The position numbers were made by a program, and so were the translations under genes. Positions 35,383 to 48,259 of a stretch of DNA of 64,000 nt are shown here, in pieces. The stretch comes from Rhynchopus sp. YZ270_cl-10. Its lineage: Eukaryota. The first letter of the stretch is position 1, and each line of letters begins with the position of its first letter. The notes beneath the pieces are model-generated. The model was not told the origin of the DNA and made no database searches. It saw only the letters and a list, made by a program, of their open reading frames with translations. Location of the stretch: NCBI GenBank assembly GCA_964035575.1, contig OZ037845.1:1240001-1304000 (forward strand), written 5' to 3'.

Positions 35383-38300
35383 ATGGAGTTTATGAAGGAA
35401 GGAGATTTGAAGAAGAAGCTTGTTACTTCAGCCTGGCACTTGCAACTCGGACAGTACGAGCTCGCACGCGCCCTTCTCTTAAGCGTAGGCGACGACAGCG
35501 CTGCAGAGGACTCCCGCGCAAAGGTCCTGCACCTCTTCTGCGACCTTGCCCTCTGGGGGACAACACGCAATGGCCCTACCGGGACAACCCCTCACCCTTG
35601 GGCATGGGACCCTGCACTTCAGGTCAGCTTTTCGCCGTCGCTGCCTTCAGTGCATCATCTGCGTCTCCTCGCATGGGGCGACTACATGACGCTTGCTGCG
35701 ACGTCAGGTCTGCCGGCAGCCGAGCTTCCTATTCCCATTGCCTGCGGAACACCGGAACGGCTTTACCTGGATTATGTAAGGTTTTGCGTCGCAGTAAAGA
35801 ACCTCGCTGTGCTGGGCAATGAATTTGACGAGGTGCTTGAAGGGTTGATCGAAAACTATCATGGGCGTTATATCCGGGCCTCCGGGGTAGCGTATGTTCC
35901 TGCAGGGGAGGTGAACGGGGTAGGGATGGTTCCTGTGGAGAGCTCTGGTTTATTGAGCACTGCAGACGGCGACGAAGACTCAGAGTCAAGCGAAGGGGTA
36001 GGCTTCTCATTGGACACAGGAAACCTTGCTAGCACATCGTTACGACGGACGTCGACCTTAGGGAAATTGAAGATGTCAGACTTTGGAGATCTCAGGTCAG
36101 GAACCGATGTCGCGGAGCTTCTTTGCGCAATCTTTAAAAACGGCGGCAAGCAGCACCAAGCTGATGGTGATACCCGCATTAACAAACACCTTGTTTTTGA
36201 GGTTCTCATGCGGTACACAGAGCTGGGCGATTCATTTGACGTTTTTTTTCAGTTTTTGAAGCTTCTTACTACAACGATTTTGGAAAAGGTTAAATCCGAC
36301 TTCAAAAACCGCAAAACCGTTGAAGAAGCGTTATCAAGCATTGACGAATACATTTGTTTTGTTAGTCTATGCGACCCGAAGTACGGCAATGCAGAACGCA
36401 ATGTGATTGAAGGGCATGTTGGTGTCTTTTTACGCGAACTGCTTCGAACCTTTGAGCGGAAAGTCATGGAGCTCTCGCCGCACCAAGGCGAGCTGTGGTG
36501 TATTCTGTCTCTGAACGAACCGATATACACCTTCCTCGCAGAACGACTTCTCAGTGACACACTCCCCTCGGCGCTACCCCTCCTCGAAAAGGTTCTCCGA
36601 GAACGAATTCTCCCCAAAGAAGCATCCAAAGAATCGGACATCGCATCGTTGCTTCGCGAGGCTGGGGACGTAATCGACATTTTAACAGCAGATCCTGCTC
36701 CTACACCCTTTCTCTTTACCTTAATTGCGGTCAGACTGGCTGAAGCATATGGCCTGTCCGCACAACAGTTGGTCCTATTAAAATGCTTGCATTTAATTAA
36801 TGAGTCGATTTCGAGTGGAGTGGATTTGGGTGAAGGGTGCAATGAAGGGTTAGTAGAGAGGTTGGATCGATTGATTTGCATGCCATTGTTTCAACCGTTA
36901 CGTTGGCTTCTGGTGGTGTTAATTTCTTCGAATGCAGCCGCATTACCTTGGAGTAATAGAAGAGGGGTGAACCTTGCAGGCATTATCAAACCCCTCTCCA
37001 CCTCCTCCAAAGCACTTCCTGCAGACCCTGGAGTGCGGTATATCTGTGACACCGCTCTGTTTGACGCAAAGCTGCAGCGTACCCTTGCAGAAATTCTGGT
37101 TCAATCTTTGGCCACATCAGCGGGGATTGCCTTTATGGAGGCTGCAATGGCTTTGGAGGTTCAGACCACATCACCTCTGTCTCCAGACACCGCATCGGTT
37201 TCTTTTGATAAAGGTGAAGAGGGGGTGTTATGGATGATTCTGACGAGGGTGTATGGGAGTCTCAGAGCAGGGTCGTATGATGAAAGCAGTGATGCTGATA
37301 TAGATGCGAGAGAAGATGTGGAAAACCGTGACCGTATTTCTCGAGTTGCTAATGCGTTAGCGAGGTTGAAGGGGAAATCGCCGCTGAAAATATTGCAGCC
37401 CTATTTGTTGTGCTTAGAGCTGGATGTATTAAAGAATCTTCTTGCAGAACGTCCCGCACTTCTTCCTAATCATATTAACCAACGTGAACGTGAAGGAAGC
37501 ATTCTTCAAGGATATACGGTGCTCATTCTTCTCCTAAAAAGTATTTTTAAAGGAAACAGAGGTGTAATAACGTCAGCACAGATTGACGCAGTTCCGACAG
37601 CAGAGGCGAGGTTGGTTACGATATTCCATGCGTTTAAACTTCTTTTTTTGAAACGCAGCGCTGCGAAGAAAACCGGATTTCTCCAAAGCACCAAAGATTC
37701 AAACAACTCCGAATTTCTTTGCGATGTCGCCTTCATTAAGGACACAATCTCTGTATTATTAGCTTCATTGACGAGCACTGCAGGGGTTGCTGAAGGAGAG
37801 GATCTGATGGTAGCAACATCTCTTACGAAGGTTTTGGTCCATGCTTTAGAGAGATTTGAATTGGCAGAGCGAGGTGCCCATTCAGAATGCGTCATAACAC
37901 GGTCTCTACAGTCTCCTACCTTCTTTTTGAGTGCATCCCTCCGTGAAGGTGATGAAGACCAAATTGCAAGGGTAATGACGATCTTCACTCACGTTGCCCC
38001 CACGGAGCCTCCAAAGGACAACACATCGTACTGCGAATCGCCTCTCGAAGGAGGGTTGTCTTCCTACTTCAGAAACGTTGTGACCGAAGACGCACCTCCT
38101 CTGTTAGACACGCTTCTCTATGAAATGTCAAGAGTCACCACCACCTTTACATCACCTCTTCGAAACCCCCCGGTTTCAGAGCTTCTCGATAAATCGTTGA
38201 GAAAAGGAGGAGGGAATTCGGACTGCATTCCTGACGGTCTTCCGGTAGCTCCGTTTGCAGAAGTAGCGGAAGAAGGTTTAAAAGGGTGTACCGGGGTGAA

Positions 38301-41300
38301 GGACAGTGTGTTCACAGCGTTTCGTGGAGTGTTCGGAAAAGAGGATTTCTCGGTTGAAGAGGTAGAGAAGATTGTGGCGGAGATTGGCGGAGAGGGGTCG
38401 ATTTGTGGTGGGTTCATGAAGTATTTGAGTGAAGGGGTGGAGGTAACGAAGGCAGGGTGTGCAGCAGAATTTCTTGCAGTATCCCCGGAGAACCATATAC
38501 GGGAGCAGGTCTTTGTGGAGGAGAATTTCGATTCTGCACAACGTTTCGTGGAGCTCACCAATGACGACCTGATGTCCGAAGTTTTCGCCATTTTGTGCAA
38601 AGCACATGAAACGCCCGACGCATTCTCACCTCATAGGGTGCCCCACCTACGTGTACCTACCCTCATATGGGTGAACGACTACCTCCAAGAACAGTGCAAA
38701 CGGCATGACACAGAAGGTGTACCAGGGTTGCCCATCATTGCCGCCGCTATTTTGCTTCGTACGGATGAGACAATTGTGGACACTTCGCTGCTCTCATATT
38801 TTGCTAAGGTTGCTGCAAATGCGGATCTGACTGGCACAAAGCGGAAGGGCGATGGAATGGGGTTTGTCGACAGATGGCTTGCAGGACGGCTAATGGTTCT
38901 GGAGGACTTTGTAAGGAGACATTCAATCCGCCCAAGGTCTCCAGGGTCTGGCACTCCATCGGACACCCCTGTTGCGCCGCTCGACGCAGAGCAACTCCCC
39001 AACCATTTAAACCCTGACAACGAGACCGCACCGCACCCTACCCATACCCGCAAGATCGCACTCCTCCGTGGCGAAGGGCGTGGTGTACCTGCACCTCCAC
39101 AAGGCTCGTTGGAGGTACTAGGGAGAATAGAGGACATCATGCAGGAGACGTTGCTGGACGACTCTACCATCATCGAAGGCTACCTAGGGCGTGAGGTGGA
39201 GGATGGCGCAGCCAGAGGGGGGGTCTGCTTTTATAGGCGTGAGGCGGAGCGGTATAAATTCAGTGTTTCTGTTGATGAGGCGCTGGCGTGTGTTGCGTTT
39301 GGGGATCTTACTCCGGAGGGGGCAAGTGCTACGGCATTGGTTGATGCAACGAATTTACTTCTTCGTACAGCACAACAACTCCAAGCCAAAGCAGAAAAAC
39401 GAGAGAAGGAGAGTGTACAAAGGGAAGGGTCCAGCACTCCAGCGTCGTCGCCTCAACAGAAATCGATGTCGTTGTTTGCGAAGCTCGGCAAACGTCCTGC
39501 GACGTCGCATTCACCTCCACCAGAAAACAGTGCAACACGCCAAAACCTAGAGTCTTCCTTCTCCATGGGGAGCGATCCATACACGCGCTCCGCAAAGCTA
39601 TTAATTCGCCGAGCGGCAGAGTTTTTAGTCCGCGTCGGGTCGGCGACAATGGAAGGGGTAGGTTCTGTTGTGCACGACTTCCTCCTCTCCCCGCGGTATC
39701 GGAACGTTCTGACATATGACATCCTCGGGGATGTGCTCAAAGTTGTCCCCGAAGGGTTTATCCATCAGGCCGACGGTCTCCGGCAGTCAGTTGACCTCTA
39801 CAAACGCCTTCTTGCAGACGACACCACACGGCATATTATGCGTTCAATCCGCCGCTTCCCTGAACTCCTCACAGAATCACACCCCGCAACAAAACCTTTA
39901 GTTGCGCCACCAGCACTACGGGACCTCGATATCACACAATACACCGGACGTCCAGCGAACTCTCTTCTTACCGAACTGCTTTATGCTGTCGAAACACCGG
40001 AGCTTTGTTTGGAGGTGCTTAAAGGGTGCTTTGAATACTCATTAGACGAACTACCTCAAGGTTGGCGTGACCTGGCACGTCTCTGGCATGGTACCGTAAT
40101 AGGAGAGATGTCTACAGTAGGCGACCTTGGTGGTGTTGCAGAATACCTAGAGGAGGTGGATGTGGTGTGGGGAGACGGAGAGGCACGTGAAGTGTGTCTT
40201 GGATTTGCGGCCTGCCCAGAACACAGCTCAGAGGACAAAGAGATCATCGCAGGAATGGGTGGCGTACAGCATGAGGTTCACGTTGGTCTCTCCCTCATAG
40301 ACTCGCTAGGCGACCATCTTAACTCTGAGGTGCTTACGTTAGTAAAACGCCCTGATGTGCTTGCAGAACAGCTTCTTAGAGATGGTAATGTGTACTGTGT
40401 ACACCGCGCATTGAAGGCGTCACCTGATGAGGTGCTTCCCTTGAGAGTATTGGATTTTTATGCGAGAAAGAGTATGGCATGTACCCATGCGGCTGCTGGA
40501 GGGGTGATGTCATCTCCTTTAACTTCTGCGACTCCAGCGTTTGATGAAGTGGACTGTCTTCGAGCAGAGTTTGTCTATTCTCAAGCACCTTGTTTGCCAT
40601 TATGTAAATCATTGTTGGCGATGATTGCAGATCATTCTGCAGCAGCGCAGACCTGTTTGGAGATTGCATCTGCCATAGATGATACAATCCTTCACGATAT
40701 CGCTGCACCTCGAGGACGCAAATGGGGGATTGTCGCAATCGAAGATTTATGTGGCATTGCGCGGGAACGTCTAGGGTTTGTTGTTGCTAGCGACGAGGCG
40801 GCGGTGGTTGGGTCTCAAATCACAGCATGCGATGAAATGTTAGCAGCGGTGGTACTTCTCAAAAAGATCGAGCTTGAAGTTGGACACCGTTATGACTTTA
40901 GCGCAGCGGTTGAGGCTTCTACCGAAGCCGGTGGATCTCCGGAACCTTCTCCTCCTGTCACCCCTAGGCGTCCAATGGTGACTCCTCGTGGAAAGGGTCA
41001 GACAATGCATGAGGTCGCTCCCGTTGCAATGCCTGAGACGTATACCAGAGCTAAGGTGTTGCAGAATAAGATTTTGCTGTTTGCGACGTTGGCTGTAGAG
41101 GATTTGGAGGATGAGGAGATTGTGTCGCGTGTTATCGAGACGTTGGTGGCGTGGGATAGGGTAGAGCTGGCAGCGGAGGTTGCGAGGACCTGTGGGGTCT
41201 CGGAGGATACGGTTTGGATTGCGGCGTGCAAGCATGCTCTGTTGCTTGGGTGGTGGGAGACGGCATGGGAACACTGCGAAAAGGTGTCCCGTGAAGGGGT

Positions 41301-43215
41301 GGCCGCATCGTTAGATGAAATCCACGAACTGCTTGAGGGACCACCCATCCAACGCCACGCAATGTTCAACGCCGACACCGGCAACGTAGTGGAATTGGCG
41401 CAAACGAACAACAAAGAGCTGAAACGGGCTCGCTACAAGGAGGCCCTCAAATACACTACCAGCTATGGAACAGATGAGCACGTTATGTCCTTCTATGTGT
41501 CGCGCGAGGATATTACCAGGGCTGTGGCGCATGCGATTGAGAAGGATCTGCCGCAGCATTGTGTGAAGCGGATCTTCCTCCCTGCGCAGGCGAGGGGGGT
41601 GACGGGGTCGCTGCGGTCTGCGATGCTGCAGTGTGATGAAACGTTGTTGTCGAGTCGTGAAATGCTCTACAACATTTGCCAACACATTCGGAGCACTGCA
41701 CGCGACGCAGAGACGAAGACGAAACAGATCAGTACCCTCGCAGAGGCCGCAGAATGGCAGCAGTGGATGGGCGACCACGTACGCTGTGCGTTCTCCCACA
41801 TCGAATCCTTCTCCGCAATGTTCAGCAACGACAGCGACGCCAAATCCCCCGGCGAGCTCTCCCTCGACACAGAAAGCAACGCAGATGAGTCCACCACCAC
41901 CACCACCGCGACCAACGCCTTCCCACTACCTGGCCTTGCAGCGTTCCTTCCTATGATGACCGAAGGATACCACGACGACGGGAGAGTGCACACTGCGGCG
42001 ACCAGCATATCATTGGTGAACGCCTTTTTTGCAAAGTTGACAGCATCGTTGGAGGCAGCACACAGTTCTCTTGTTGCAGGGGAGAAGCAGCCGTTTGTCC
42101 AAGGTGACGCAGTGTCGCCGCGATGGGAGGACTACGGCTACGAAGGGACACAGCCACGATGCACACGGAGTGTTCTCAATGAGCGAGGCATCAGCCTGCC
42201 GCCGACAGCGCTGCCCAGGGCGATGCTTGCGGAGCTGGTGGAGAAGGTGCAGCTGCAGGCGGGTGTGGTGCGCATCTATAAAGATCAATTAGCCGCGTTG
42301 CTTAAGGCAGGTGGCGATCTTGCATCCCTCCCAGCGTTCATCCCTTCAGCAGATGGGCGTCTGCTGACGCTCTTCAACGGTCCAGATGAGCAGCACATCA
42401 TTGCAGAACAGATTCTCTCGTTGGACTTCACCTTTGGCTTTCAGCTTGTGAGGCAGCTTGATGTGCCGCGAGCGCCTGCTTTCCGTTCGGCTGTCATGAC
42501 GCTTTCAAAGAAGAGAGACGAAAAGCGTCTGGAGGCAACCCTCCGGCAGATGAACAACACACTTCCTGCAGCGGATTTGGATGCGATCGTTCTGGAGTGT
42601 ATCACAGAGGTATGTAGAGTGGTGTATAATATGAAGCGTGGTTTATATTGTAATTTTTCTTATACAGTTCTGTTCGGAGCCGTACCCAGAGGTCCGTATT
42701 GCAGAGCGTTTCATCCCAATGCTGTCGTCGCCAAGCCCGCAGCTTGCGTACGCCCTGCTGCACTGCAAGAAGTGGAAGAAGGTATGGAGAATAAACTGCA
42801 CCCTTTTCCCCCTTACCTGAAGTGCTGCGATCAACGGAAAAGACATAGATGTAGTGAGTAAAATGAGTGAGCAAATGGGGTGTTTTTTGACAATATTCTT
42901 TTTTACCAAAAAACACCACAGGCATACTTTGCTGCAGCAGAGATAGCAGAGACACCCAACGGCAAAGAAGTCATCCAAACTGTTCTCGACGGCGTCGTTA
43001 ACAGTGGCATCTCCAACACCGAAACGAACAAGGTACATACTCCCCCCTTTTAATTGATACTGCATCGCTGCGGACAATTGTGATCATGGCCAAGCACTAT
43101 TAGATGCTTAGGGGGTCAATCTTACAAGCTTTTTGACGCGACGAGTTTACATTCTCAACTTCCATCTTCACAACAGGTCATCGGAGCATGTCAGGATCTA
43201 CTATCGCGTGGTTAG
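35383..43215 (+). CDS. ZFYVE26: Spastizin (SPG15/ZFYVE26)-like protein, no FYVE finger seen; exons 35383-42609, 42668-42781, 42922-43032, 43177-43215
   Basis: Motifs resembling the spastizin C-terminus from memory: RAEFVYSQAPCLPLC, WQQWMGDHVRCA, KKAYFAA...VIGACQDLL; ~2500 aa; three phase-0 GT-AG introns. Confidence 0.72.
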
Positions 43216-43695
43216 AAATTTGTCTTTATTCGTATGGATGGGACCATTTTTGTTGATCCCTCACCATATACTATCAATTTATTGATTGCATATGATGAAA
43301 ATTCTTTATTCGTGCATTGGATGGCTAAGCATACAAGGCTTAGGTTCATCTTACAAACCTTTTTCTTTTCCTTTTGTTTTTTCTTTTTTGCACCGATCTG
43401 TGCACACCGTGTCCTGTGAAGTCAACGTTCACCCAACCCACGCCTTCTCTGTGGGTTGCGATAACCCGCATCTACAGAGGCGTGCTTTTGTGCCTCAAGT
43501 TTTTATTAGATGTGTGCACAGTGTTGCATTCATCTGCAAACCCTTTTCAATTGTGTACCATACCCCACGAGTGGAACATGTACTTCCAAAAAAAAAGAGG
43601 AGGGTTTTTTCTTTCATTTTCTTTCGATTCTCTTGGCACAATAAACCTCAAAAAAACCTCCCACAAAATCAGCGAAATAACACAAAAATTGAACG

Positions 43696-44454
43696 ATGTT
43701 CCGAAGAAGTGGGGTGCAGTGTCTTAATTACTCACACCTGAGCAGACATGTAACACAATATACAGGGTGGCGGCGGACGATACCGTGCAACCAGCACGAA
43801 TACATGGTGCACAACACCAATAACTGGAGAAAGTGGTCCTCCGCATTAAAACGGACTCGCCCATGGTGGAAGGAAATGCCAAAATATACGAAACCTTACA
43901 GTGGAAAATTCTGGTTCGAACCCCTCCCTGCGAGCAACTACCTCCACTGGTATGCAAAGAAAATGGGCTAAATTCACCCTTTTAACCTTTCTCTTTCTCT
44001 TTGCCGTACACGCAACACTTTCCCACAAACAGGAAGGCAGACGGGCTCTATACAGTTCCTGCTGACCAAGTGATTACCTTGCAACACGTGGTCCACCTGA
44101 AAATGCTTCCCGTCAAGATGACAGGTCGGACGTTCACTATGCCACTTGTGAGATGGTTGGTCGGGGCACGTGTGCGGAATACTGTGGGTAACGGGTTGAT
44201 TAGGTATGTCACATCCCCACTGAAGCCCTCAAGAGAAAGTGGTCACAATGCTGGACAAACCACAAGCTTGCAGACCACTGACATGGTGGCGCACCGTTTT
44301 CATCCCAATGCATCAATGCAAATCAACACCAATATCAGACTGTCTATATGGCAGCATTACTTTTCCAACCACTCTCTGCAACCCACCCACCCACCCTCAC
44401 AGAGACGAGCCTGTATACAAGCTGACAAAGCCGAAATACTGGCACAAAGCATAG
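43696..44454 (+). CDS. Probable mitochondrion-targeted basic protein; first intron 43950-44032, 3' exon structure unresolved
   Basis: MFRRS.. presequence-like start; W/R/K-rich; TG|GTATGC..ACAG|G join is in frame with ORF 44001. Confidence 0.55.
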
Positions 44455-44881
44455 TTTTAACCGCGCCGCAAACTGGGTTTATAAGTATGTTGTGTTTGTG
44501 CACAACATCGGGGATATCTCTCGCTTTTTTTTGTACTCTTCGAAACGAACGACACATCCTTAACCACCTCCCTTTCTATCAAACCTCACTACCACTCTCT
44601 TCTAACCACGTTCTCCAACACTGCCCTACATAAAGTACCAACTTGGAACACCACATAAACACTACATAACGACAAACTTAGTAAAAAAACAACACCGTTT
44701 CTCCCCCAATACACCTTCCCACAGAATACAATGTGGTCATTTTGACCCTTTTTTTTTTGTATCTTGCATCCACGATACTTTTGCACAACGGCCGACTAAC
44801 CTCCATCTTACGAAACATTTTTCGGTACACTGTCACGAGAGGGCTTTGTATTTCAACTCTACTTTCTCTTAGAACAACACG

Positions 44882-46858
44882 ATGAACAGCCTCCGCGAAG
44901 AACGTGCCAAGATGCGTGCGGAGCTCGCCTGCACCGTACGTTCTGAGCTCAACCTCCCTTCCAAGCTTCTTGCCAACAAACGCACCCCACCCAAACCCAA
45001 CCTCCAACGAGGCTTAGATGTCTTCCATGCCCCAAGCTGCTGTGAAAAGCTTCTTGGCAGGTTCCCCTTTATCCCTACACAGCCTTCTGCCTCTTCACCT
45101 ATTGCCCAAGAAGCGCAACCAGGTGGCGTCATTTTGTCTCCTCTAATACCACAGACTCAAGCCAAAGTAGAACCGATGAAAATCGCTGGAGCGCAGGTTT
45201 TGGTAAAGGGAAAGCTTGAAGCTGTGTATGCGGGGGTGAATATAGGGAATGCAGAACGGCATCCTCCAGCATGGCACCGTGTAACGGAAGAGCATACAGA
45301 ACGGCTTTCGGATGGAGTAAGTAAGATGATTGAGGATGCGTATAGCAGTGGAAAGACGCAGGTGGTGTTGCCTGATAAGAGCGGTGGGGAGGTGTTGTGG
45401 TTTGAGAGTATGACGACGCAGCTGGGTGCGACGTTGGTGAGGGATGAGTTTTCGTTTGTTGACTTTTATGGGAAACGGTTTCGAACGAAGCAAGAGGAGT
45501 TGGACCAGAGACGGCAGGAGACGATCCAGCGGAGGAAGGAGATGGTCTCACGCACCCCGCCGCATTGCCATATTTATCATCACCCGGTCATAGCAGAGTT
45601 GCAGCAGGCGGGGCAGTTTCCTTTGGCAGAAGTACGCACTGCAGGGAGGAATAAGGCGGGGTTCGTTGCAGGGTCAAAAACGCATCTTACTCATGACGTG
45701 GCGCCGTCCTTGGAAGAAGCGTTGCCACAGTGCAATACATTGCCGCGGAAGTTTTTGGGGTCGACAATGGGTTCGTCTGCGAAGCTGTCGATTTCAGGAA
45801 AAGAGCGGCGTGTTACCACTGTAGGATGCGTGCTTCGTGCGCAAAGTGTGCAAAGCGATTCGTCTGATAAAGTATTCGAAAAACCGACAACGTTTCTTGA
45901 AGAGGACGAAGAAACGACACATCTGCTGGCAAACAACTTTGCCGCAATTCGCAACATCATCAACAACATCCCGCAGAACAAACTCCCAAAACTCGACATC
46001 CCCCACATCCCAGGCCCCTACGACGACGAAGGCATCTCCTTCTCCCCACCCACCACACCTAAAGGAACGCACACCTCGCTCCTCTCCGAAGGTCAAAGCA
46101 CGGCAAATGGTGTTCTCCCTCTTGTACCCGATCCAGCGGTGCACCTCAGGGATCCTAACTGTACGGCATGCAAGGTGTATATGAATAGGCAAGAAGGGAA
46201 TGCATCAAACAGCTTTAAATCATCTGACCAAGAGGCGAAGTCGCAGGAGTGGAGGAATATCTCGTATTCAAATAAATTGCATCTTTCGAATGTACTGAAA
46301 TACACTATCACCAGAAGGCAGGTAACCAAGGAGTATGTTACGAAGTCGCCGGCGTTTTTAGCAGAGTTGGCGAGATTAGCAGAATTGCAGGCAAAGCGAT
46401 GGATTGCAGCACGGTATGGCGGTGCACCACTAAAGTCGATAGACAAGGTGACCCCTCCTAGTATATGGGAGAACGGTTCGAATCGGCTGTGTCTAGAAAG
46501 GGCAGATACGTTTCAGTGTATCATCTGCTATTCCAGGGTGTTGTACTTTCTTGAAAAGGTTGGTGGAGGAACGGACAAACAGCTGGACCTAGTGAACGAA
46601 TGGCGTTCGTTGCTTATAGCACGCAAAAAGGTGTTAAAACAGATGTGGTTTGACCTGCTCCTCGCAGAAGGCCCAAAGGTGATCCTCAGCCGTACCAGCA
46701 TGGTGGTATTGCACTGTCTGCGAATGGAGCTTAAGATTCCCCTGGCCTCGCTCTTCAAATTTGTGAAGAAAAACAAAAATGCGGGCTGGGTGCTCCCTCG
46801 AGAGCTTGCAATGTTAAGTGAAACAAAACATGCTGGAGGGGACACCACGAATGAGTAA
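44882..46858 (+). CDS. Hypothetical protein (658 aa)
   Basis: Intact ORF; ATG 10 nt after a pyrimidine tract and AG. Confidence 0.8.
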   Translation: MNSLREERAKMRAELACTVRSELNLPSKLLANKRTPPKPNLQRGLDVFHAPSCCEKLLGRFPFIPTQPSASSPIAQEAQPGGVILSPLIPQTQAKVEPMKIAGAQVLVKGKLEAVYAGVNIGNAERHPPAWHRVTEEHTERLSDGVSKMIEDAYSSGKTQVVLPDKSGGEVLWFESMTTQLGATLVRDEFSFVDFYGKRFRTKQEELDQRRQETIQRRKEMVSRTPPHCHIYHHPVIAELQQAGQFPLAEVRTAGRNKAGFVAGSKTHLTHDVAPSLEEALPQCNTLPRKFLGSTMGSSAKLSISGKERRVTTVGCVLRAQSVQSDSSDKVFEKPTTFLEEDEETTHLLANNFAAIRNIINNIPQNKLPKLDIPHIPGPYDDEGISFSPPTTPKGTHTSLLSEGQSTANGVLPLVPDPAVHLRDPNCTACKVYMNRQEGNASNSFKSSDQEAKSQEWRNISYSNKLHLSNVLKYTITRRQVTKEYVTKSPAFLAELARLAELQAKRWIAARYGGAPLKSIDKVTPPSIWENGSNRLCLERADTFQCIICYSRVLYFLEKVGGGTDKQLDLVNEWRSLLIARKKVLKQMWFDLLLAEGPKVILSRTSMVVLHCLRMELKIPLASLFKFVKKNKNAGWVLPRELAMLSETKHAGGDTTNE

Positions 46859-47075
46859 AGCGGTGGGTCTCAAATTGCCTAAAAAAAATTTTTTAGAGGT
46901 GTCCAGTAAAAATATCTTGACATTTTCTTTTGATGTGTTCTAGGGACAGATTCATCTTTCAAGTTAGGGGGGTTTTTTTTGCTGGTGTTAGTTCTGCTTC
47001 AAAATGTGTATTCATGCATAACAACTAATTCTCGGTATGATCCTCTGCTCAAAATTATATCCTGGTTTTTCTTCT

Positions 47076-47170
47076 GTGCCAATGAAGTGCTCTGGAGTTC
47101 GATGACCCGGAGAGAACCAGTGCCCTGCGTACGCCGATTGAACGGTGAGGCGTTTGCTTTTTCAACTTCT
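47076..47170 (+). repeat. Dispersed family C, representative copy (others at 7044, 11581, 19046, 24209, 24759, 34664, 62065)
   Basis: TGCCAATGAAGTGCTCTGG.GTTCGAT...CAGTGCC(C)TGCG..CGCCGATGAACGGTGAGGCGTTTG....TCAACTTC. Confidence 0.8.
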
Positions 47171-47593
47171 CTTTTCTTTGTTTATGTTTGGTTGGTGGCC
47201 TAGTGGCCCTAGTGGCCTCACCCCCCCATGCACGCTTTCCCTTTTGGTTTACACTATAAGAAAAAGCACTTTGGAGGGAGACTTACTTTTGCTTTTGCTT
47301 ACCTCAACTTTGCAACAAATCTGCGCATCAGTGACGCAGATCTGCAAATGCCTGCTATCCGATATTGAATTCTTCCTACTCCCCCCCTCCCTTTTTTTTA
47401 CCTCGCAACCCAAAAAAACAACCACCCTGAAGTAAAAAAAAAAATGGAATCGAAACGGAATGCAACAACAGCGGTGGAGAGGACGAAATCCCCCGTCTTA
47501 TGATTTTGAGAATGAATTTCTGTCATATTTTTGTCATTTTACCACCCAGATCCACTGCCCTTTATATTACAGGGATATACACAACTTTTTAAA

Positions 47594-48259
47594 ATGCCGT
47601 CATCACTGCACTTGGTGAAGGAGGTTGTGAACGGGACATTCGACCTGTTTGACATGGAGGGGGCAGGTCTTCTGGACCTTGAGGAGTTCTCGTTGGCGAT
47701 TGCGGCGTTGGGTATTGACGTGAGCCAGAGCGAGTCGGAGACTATGTTTAAGAACGCGAAGGGCGCAACAGACAACCAGCTCCCCATCTCCAAGGAGGAG
47801 TTCACGATCATCGTGCACGACTGGAACCACAAGCAGACCTTCCACGGGGAGGTGGAGAAGATGTTCAAACTCTTCGGCAAGAGGTCCTCCATGATTGAGG
47901 AGGCGCACTTCAACGACGTCCACGAGGAGATTGGCTGGGAGGCAGATGAGGACAAAATCGACAACTTCATCAGAGTATGCAAAACCCCTACAGCAGATGC
48001 AAAGGGTTAAATTCCTAAACAAAGCTACTTTTCAGAGTTGAGGATGATTTTCGTCATCTTTTAAGTACATTAGCCTTCGGGCGACATTGAGTACAGATCC
48101 TGCAGCAGGTGATTGTCGACACAACAAAAACAAACACACACATAACAGGATTCCAGCAAAGCGTACCACGGCTCCAACGTCGACAAAGAGGTCTGGATGA
48201 AGGTGATGTGCGACGTCAGCAACGAAGCACTCCCCAACGAGGACATCGAGGAGTACTGA
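47594..48259 (+). CDS. Centrin/calmodulin-like EF-hand protein; exons 47594-47974, 48149-48259 (~163 aa)
   Basis: FDLFDMEGAGLLDLEEF EF-hand, ALG linker, EVEKMFKLF; the spliced last exon supplies a fourth degenerate hand. Confidence 0.75.
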
